Shown here piece after piece: positions 59,752 through 64,000 of a stretch of 64,000 bases of DNA. The stretch is from Fibrobacterales bacterium (GTDB taxonomy: Bacteria > Fibrobacterota > Fibrobacteria > Fibrobacterales > JAOPTW01): NCBI GenBank assembly GCA_051532055.1, contig JAOPTX010000007.1, positions 173,212 to 237,211 on the forward strand. Direction: 5' to 3'. Within the stretch, counting starts at the first letter, position 1, and the number at the start of each line of letters is the position of its first letter. The position numbers and the translations under genes were made by a program. Under the pieces are notes generated by a model. That model had not been told where the DNA came from. It ran no database searches and saw nothing but the letters and a program-made list of their open reading frames with translations.

Positions 59752-60141
59752 ATGGCTACAGCAACTAAAAAAGCTGCTCCAAAAGCAGCTGCAAAAACAA
59801 CAACGACAAAAGCTCCTGTAAAAGTAGCTGCAAAAGCAACTGCGAAAGCGGTTCCAAAAGCGGCAACAGTAAAAGCTCCTGCAAAAACTGCTTCTAAATC
59901 AGATGCATCTTTTGAATATTTTTCACCAGAGTCTTCTTCAGTCTACATAGCTGGATCATTCAGTAACTGGGAAATGAAAAAAATGAAAAAAGACAAAACG
60001 GGTAACTGGAAGTACAAAGCAAAAGTACCTAAAGGCGAGCATCAGTATAAATATGTATTCGAAGGTGTTTCTTGGGAAATTGACAATTCTGCCCCGACAG
60101 TGAACACAGAGCTTGGACTTAATAATATTATTAAGGTATAA
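59752..60141 (+). CDS. histone-H1-like Ala/Lys/Pro-rich N-terminus fused to an AMPK-beta-type glycogen-binding module (CBM48)
   Basis: Residues 1-50 are KKAAPKAAAKTTTTKAPVKVAAKATAKAVPKAATVKAPAKTASK. The C-terminal domain has VYIAGSFSNW, PKGEHQYKYVFEGVSW and GLNNIIKV. These parallel the AMPK-beta GBD motifs VYLSGSFNNW, PEGEHQYKFFVDGQW and GTVNNIIQV. Confidence 0.75.
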   Translation: MATATKKAAPKAAAKTTTTKAPVKVAAKATAKAVPKAATVKAPAKTASKSDASFEYFSPESSSVYIAGSFSNWEMKKMKKDKTGNWKYKAKVPKGEHQYKYVFEGVSWEIDNSAPTVNTELGLNNIIKV

Positions 60142-60160
60142 TGGCTTAGAATTAAGAAAC

Positions 60161-60193
60161 AAAAAATGCCCGACATAAGTCGGGCATTTTTTG
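60161..60193 (+). terminator. rho-independent (potentially bidirectional) terminator
   Basis: AAAAAATGCCCGAC-ATAA-GTCGGGCATTTTTT: perfect 9-bp GC-rich stem flanked by A- and T-runs. Confidence 0.85.
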
Positions 60194-60249
60194 TTTGATA
60201 GTAAATATGATTATCTACCTTTAGTAAAAACCTATCCCAATATACTCCC

Positions 60250-61992
60250 ATGTACAAAATTCTCTTCATCATCCTATTTTTAGGCACACCTCTCATATAC
60301 CTTGACTCATTGATCGATCCCGTCTTAACGTCAAGGCACTTTTTTATCTCTGCCTCTCTAAGCATAATGCTGCTATTCCTAATTAAGCACTATCGAAATA
60401 ATTCAATCAAAGTACACATTGGCATTCCTCATTTTCTCTGGACAGGATATATACTCTTTTCAGCAATCTCCGTCACAAATGCCTACAACACTACTGATGC
60501 ACTTTTTGAGCTCACGAAACTTCTATTAGTATTTGCACTACTCCTCACCTTTCAGTCAATTTTTGCGACACAATCTATCTCTGCTCATTTCATTTCAAGA
60601 ATTATCACCCTCGTGACTTCATTTCAGGTACTCATCGGATACATTCAAAAATTAACCACACTCAACCTCTTTAATTCAAACCTAAATCAACTAGGCACTC
60701 TTACCCACCCAAACCAATACTCAGTACATCTCTTACTTGCTCTCCCTTTCGTTATTTTTAATACCATACAATCTAAAGGAAAAGAAAAAATAGCGAGCTC
60801 ACTCATACTATCCTTCATGACAATAATGTTTCTATTGTCCAAAACTCGGTCTGTTTGGGTAGCTCTTGCGATCATGTTACTTTGCACTATTATATACATT
60901 GTAAGAAACAAGAATATTACAGCCTCTCTATCCCGCTACTTAAAACTCCACTCTAGAGCTATATCCCTCTGGATACTTTTTACTATTACTTTAGGGGCAA
61001 TATCCATTGCATCTGACATTAAAGATATATCTCAACATGTAACAGATTTAGCAGAAGCTCAATCATCGGGTCGATTTATGCTCTGGGGCTATAGCTGGAA
61101 CATGATTCAAGAACACCCCTTTCTTGGTGTTGGAATTGGAAACTGGAAACTCAATATTCCCGTTCACGGATCCACCTTTTATCAAAGACCCCATAACGAC
61201 TTTCTCTGGATACTTTCTGAATCAGGGCCCTTTGCACTACTGTCCTATATCTTCTTTATAGGTTACCTTCTCAAATCACTCTATCACTCAATTAGAAATA
61301 AGGCCCAAGTATTGACCAATCTTGAAATTCCTATTATGCTCATGCTCATAGGATTTATTAGCGTTTCTCAATTTACTTTTCCAAAGGAACGTATACTTCA
61401 CCTACTCTATTTTTCTTTAGCCACTTCTTATGTATTAAGTAAGAATAATTCGAAGTTTTCACTCACAATTAAAGCCTCTCACATATTGATATTTTCATTC
61501 ATACTCACTGCTGGTATCACTTGGTTTGGATATAACCGATTGATGAATGAATATTCATTTAAGAACATCAACCCCGACACGACTTCCTGTGAATCCTATA
61601 GCAACATCAATCATTTTTTTTATAACATGGACCAAACATCAACACCCATAGACTTCTATACGGGGTTATGCTACCTCAATCAAAAAAAAATGCGAAAGGC
61701 AAATAAACATTTTTTAATAGCTCATACACTTTACCCAATGCACATAGACAACCATTTGAACTTGGCTACCAGTTATGGCTTTCTGAAAGAATATCAGTCG
61801 GGTGTTAATTCTTTTATAAAGCTTCTAGATATTTATCCCCATTCCAATAAAGCTTTGATTAACCTAGCTGTACTCAATTATCATTTGAATGAAGTACAAA
61901 AAATTAGGTCTACTCTTGAGAGAGTAGACCTAAGCAAACTAAGTGGTGACTTAAAAAGCACGTATGATATGTTACTGAGCATTACTCATTAG
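60250..61992 (+). CDS. O-antigen ligase-like (Wzy_C / O-antigen polymerase family) polytopic membrane protein with a C-terminal TPR region
   Basis: At least 10 hydrophobic spans. Family-like periplasmic loop motif (RPHNDFLWILSESGPF). TPR-like C-terminal ~150 aa. Confidence 0.7.
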   Translation: MYKILFIILFLGTPLIYLDSLIDPVLTSRHFFISASLSIMLLFLIKHYRNNSIKVHIGIPHFLWTGYILFSAISVTNAYNTTDALFELTKLLLVFALLLTFQSIFATQSISAHFISRIITLVTSFQVLIGYIQKLTTLNLFNSNLNQLGTLTHPNQYSVHLLLALPFVIFNTIQSKGKEKIASSLILSFMTIMFLLSKTRSVWVALAIMLLCTIIYIVRNKNITASLSRYLKLHSRAISLWILFTITLGAISIASDIKDISQHVTDLAEAQSSGRFMLWGYSWNMIQEHPFLGVGIGNWKLNIPVHGSTFYQRPHNDFLWILSESGPFALLSYIFFIGYLLKSLYHSIRNKAQVLTNLEIPIMLMLIGFISVSQFTFPKERILHLLYFSLATSYVLSKNNSKFSLTIKASHILIFSFILTAGITWFGYNRLMNEYSFKNINPDTTSCESYSNINHFFYNMDQTSTPIDFYTGLCYLNQKKMRKANKHFLIAHTLYPMHIDNHLNLATSYGFLKEYQSGVNSFIKLLDIYPHSNKALINLAVLNYHLNEVQKIRSTLERVDLSKLSGDLKSTYDMLLSITH

Positions 61993-64000
61993 GGAATTTT
62001 AAAACCTTTCATAACTCTTTTATTATCCCAATCATCATAAGTATAGAGAAAATATTCATCTGTAACAGCGATACTACCCCCGCTATATGTTGAACTTATC
62101 TTATCAATTGTTGTTTCAAGAAGATAAGAAGGAACAGTATTCCAGATAAGTCCATCCAAAGTATATTTTATATTTGACTGTCGCGAAATCTCATCATAAT
62201 AGATGACTATCGATCTTTGACCATTCGTAGCAATCGTTGTTAATTGATCTGGGAACTCCGCATAATCTGCATCCCACAATGGTATATCTTCCCAAATCAT
62301 ATTAACCAAACACTTCCTTGCTTTTTGATAAGAATAACAGAAATTGCCTTGATACTCAAACATATCTATCATTCCCCATGATGAACCAATTTCAATATCT
62401 ATAAATTTATCCCAAGACACTCCATCAATTGTTTTTTGAATATGGATTGTGCTATCTACATTTTGGGCTAAAAATATTGTATTCAGAAGATTAACAAATT
62501 TGCCCCCATTAGAAACATACCTTTTTAATACTGTAGAATCCTCAAATATTGGCTCTATTATCTCCCAATTTTTTCCACCATCTGATCGCCACCCTTTAGC
62601 AATTTTACAGTATACCGCACTAGAGTCATTCCAGTTACATGTATCACTAATCACATATGCTATAATTTCATCATTAATAAAATTTAGCCCTGCAGACTTT
62701 CCTTCAAATAGATCATGCGACTCCAAAGTCCAGGTCTTCAGGCCTTCAGATGACCAAACCCCAACATCATCATAGGTCACCCTACCTGTCACATATTTTT
62801 TCCCTGTAGTAATCTGACTAAAATTTGTTGCAGATCCTTGTGAATACTGCATGTCAGGTAGACTAAAGCTTAACAGCTCTACTTCTTTTCTCACAGAAAC
62901 ATATTTACTTGCAGTATCCCCAATGCTATTTACTGCCCTAAAATGACATAAAACAGTTTCACGGTCTAGGCCAGGTCCTGTAATAAAAGTCGCTGTTAAC
63001 CCTTCAACCCATTCACCATTGCCAATTTTCCACTCATTACTTACAACACCTTTCAAGCTCGTTGCATTGGCCGTAACTGTGACAGATGTATTAGGGGCAA
63101 CAACAGTATCACCACTCACCGTTACGATTGGATTAAAAATTGATGGTGGCGCTGTATTGATAGTATTAGACTCTGTACTCCGCCCTGTAATTGGTAATTC
63201 TCCACTTGATGGAATTAAAACCTGAGCACTCACTCGATAAGCATAGGTTGGATAGCTCACATCTAGAGCTGTTAACTCCTGCATCTTCTGAACTTCATAT
63301 AAATATTGCCAATCATATGATGCTGTATCCACGGTAACACTCTCATTTGTCTGATAAAGAATATCTATCATAGTCGTTCCAGAAAAACTTTCAACAATAG
63401 TATCAGAAGAATCCCACTGATTTATAGAGTCATTCATCTCAACCCTCTCCACCATATAAGACACCACTAACGAATCAGGAATAGAGTCCCAAGTAATAGT
63501 GGCTACCCCTAAAAGAGTATCATATACTGCTACCACATTAACCGGAACCGGGATAAGTACTTTCGGGCTTTGTACAGCCAGAATACTCTTCCCATAAGCA
63601 CTCCCATCCATAGATGACCCATCGAGATTACTATAGCTACTTCTTACTCGTACTCTATATTCCAAACTGTGTGATGTAGTATCAGATAGCGTAAATATTG
63701 TATCCCCAGTGGCCCCATATACTACGTCATTAAACTGTGGCTCTATAGTCCTGCCAACTAAAATCCACTGAGGCTCTAAGTTACTCCCAAGATTACGCTC
63801 TACAAGATACTCTTGAAAGTGCTCATAACTAACTGGAGTCCAAGTCACCGTTACTCCACCCGATGCTCCATTATACACCGCCTCAACATTTTCTGGAATA
63901 GGAATGCTGTTATACTGAAGCTCTATAGGTTCAGCTATTATTGTAGGTAATCCCGATTGAACTTGAACGGTAAGAACCGTATTACTAAAATACTCTTGAT
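61989..64000 (-). CDS. large secreted protein, 5'-truncated by the window edge: FN3-like repeats followed by a BNR/Asp-box beta-propeller-like C-terminal half
   Basis: The reading frame stays open from 63878 to the window end, by hand translation of 63879-63998. Recurrent V.AVY...G..T.TW modules (AVYNGASGGVTVTWTP; AVYDTLLGVATITWDS). Asp-box-like motifs RSDGGKNW, SSEGLKTW, TIDGVSW and TLDGLIW. Confidence 0.65.
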   Translation of the reverse strand, partial: QEYFSNTVLTVQVQSGLPTIIAEPIELQYNSIPIPENVEAVYNGASGGVTVTWTPVSYEHFQEYLVERNLGSNLEPQWILVGRTIEPQFNDVVYGATGDTIFTLSDTTSHSLEYRVRVRSSYSNLDGSSMDGSAYGKSILAVQSPKVLIPVPVNVVAVYDTLLGVATITWDSIPDSLVVSYMVERVEMNDSINQWDSSDTIVESFSGTTMIDILYQTNESVTVDTASYDWQYLYEVQKMQELTALDVSYPTYAYRVSAQVLIPSSGELPITGRSTESNTINTAPPSIFNPIVTVSGDTVVAPNTSVTVTANATSLKGVVSNEWKIGNGEWVEGLTATFITGPGLDRETVLCHFRAVNSIGDTASKYVSVRKEVELLSFSLPDMQYSQGSATNFSQITTGKKYVTGRVTYDDVGVWSSEGLKTWTLESHDLFEGKSAGLNFINDEIIAYVISDTCNWNDSSAVYCKIAKGWRSDGGKNWEIIEPIFEDSTVLKRYVSNGGKFVNLLNTIFLAQNVDSTIHIQKTIDGVSWDKFIDIEIGSSWGMIDMFEYQGNFCYSYQKARKCLVNMIWEDIPLWDADYAEFPDQLTTIATNGQRSIVIYYDEISRQSNIKYTLDGLIWNTVPSYLLETTIDKISSTYSGGSIAVTDEYFLYTYDDWDNKRVMKGFKIP

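Overview
64-kb chromosomal window from an AT-rich, outer-membrane-bearing and probably flagellated bacterium. FlgM, several C-terminal-Phe beta-barrels, an Omp85-like protein and a TonB-dependent receptor are present. I cannot place the lineage from sequence alone. I support about 55 protein genes, one tRNA-Arg(CCG), two riboswitches (cobalamin and TPP), several intrinsic terminators and no CRISPR, transposase, integrase or phage genes. Layout: (1) UbiD-family decarboxylase. (2) A co-directional block at 3.0-17.0 kb, starting with four tandem 'receiver-first' histidine kinases, one of them a degenerate pseudokinase. It runs straight into a B12 lower-ligand/salvage operon (cobT-cobU-cobS-cobC-cobQ, btuR, btuFCD). 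This block converges on a riboswitch-controlled TonB-dependent receptor plus a beta-propeller lipoprotein. (3) pyrF. (4) A signalling/envelope island at 21.5-31.4 kb: a REC-HK, a stand-alone REC, then a half-size PBP-like protein, two porin-like barrels, a second PBP-like protein, a third barrel and a HAMP kinase, plus a convergent multi-TM kinase. (5) galE, a J-domain/zinc-ribbon protein and a POTRA-less Omp85 barrel. (6) Housekeeping genes: asnS, rluA-family, two TlpA-like thioredoxins, hemA, rpe, suhB-like and a DAACS transporter. (7) A eukaryote-type UDP-sugar pyrophosphorylase. (8) A complete TPP-riboswitch-controlled thiS-thiC-tenI-thiD-thiE-thiG-thiH operon. (9) Envelope genes of unknown function: an Asp-rich repeat lipoprotein with a barrel, an O-antigen-ligase-like protein, and an FN3-like/BNR propeller protein truncated by the window edge. 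The best candidates for something undescribed are the triplicated porin / duplicated half-PBP / kinase module, the receiver-first kinase array with H-box His-to-Gln variants, a pair of related ~100-nt structured elements abutting stop codons, and a histone-H1-like::CBM48 fusion. All functional calls rest on motifs read by eye; no database search was run.
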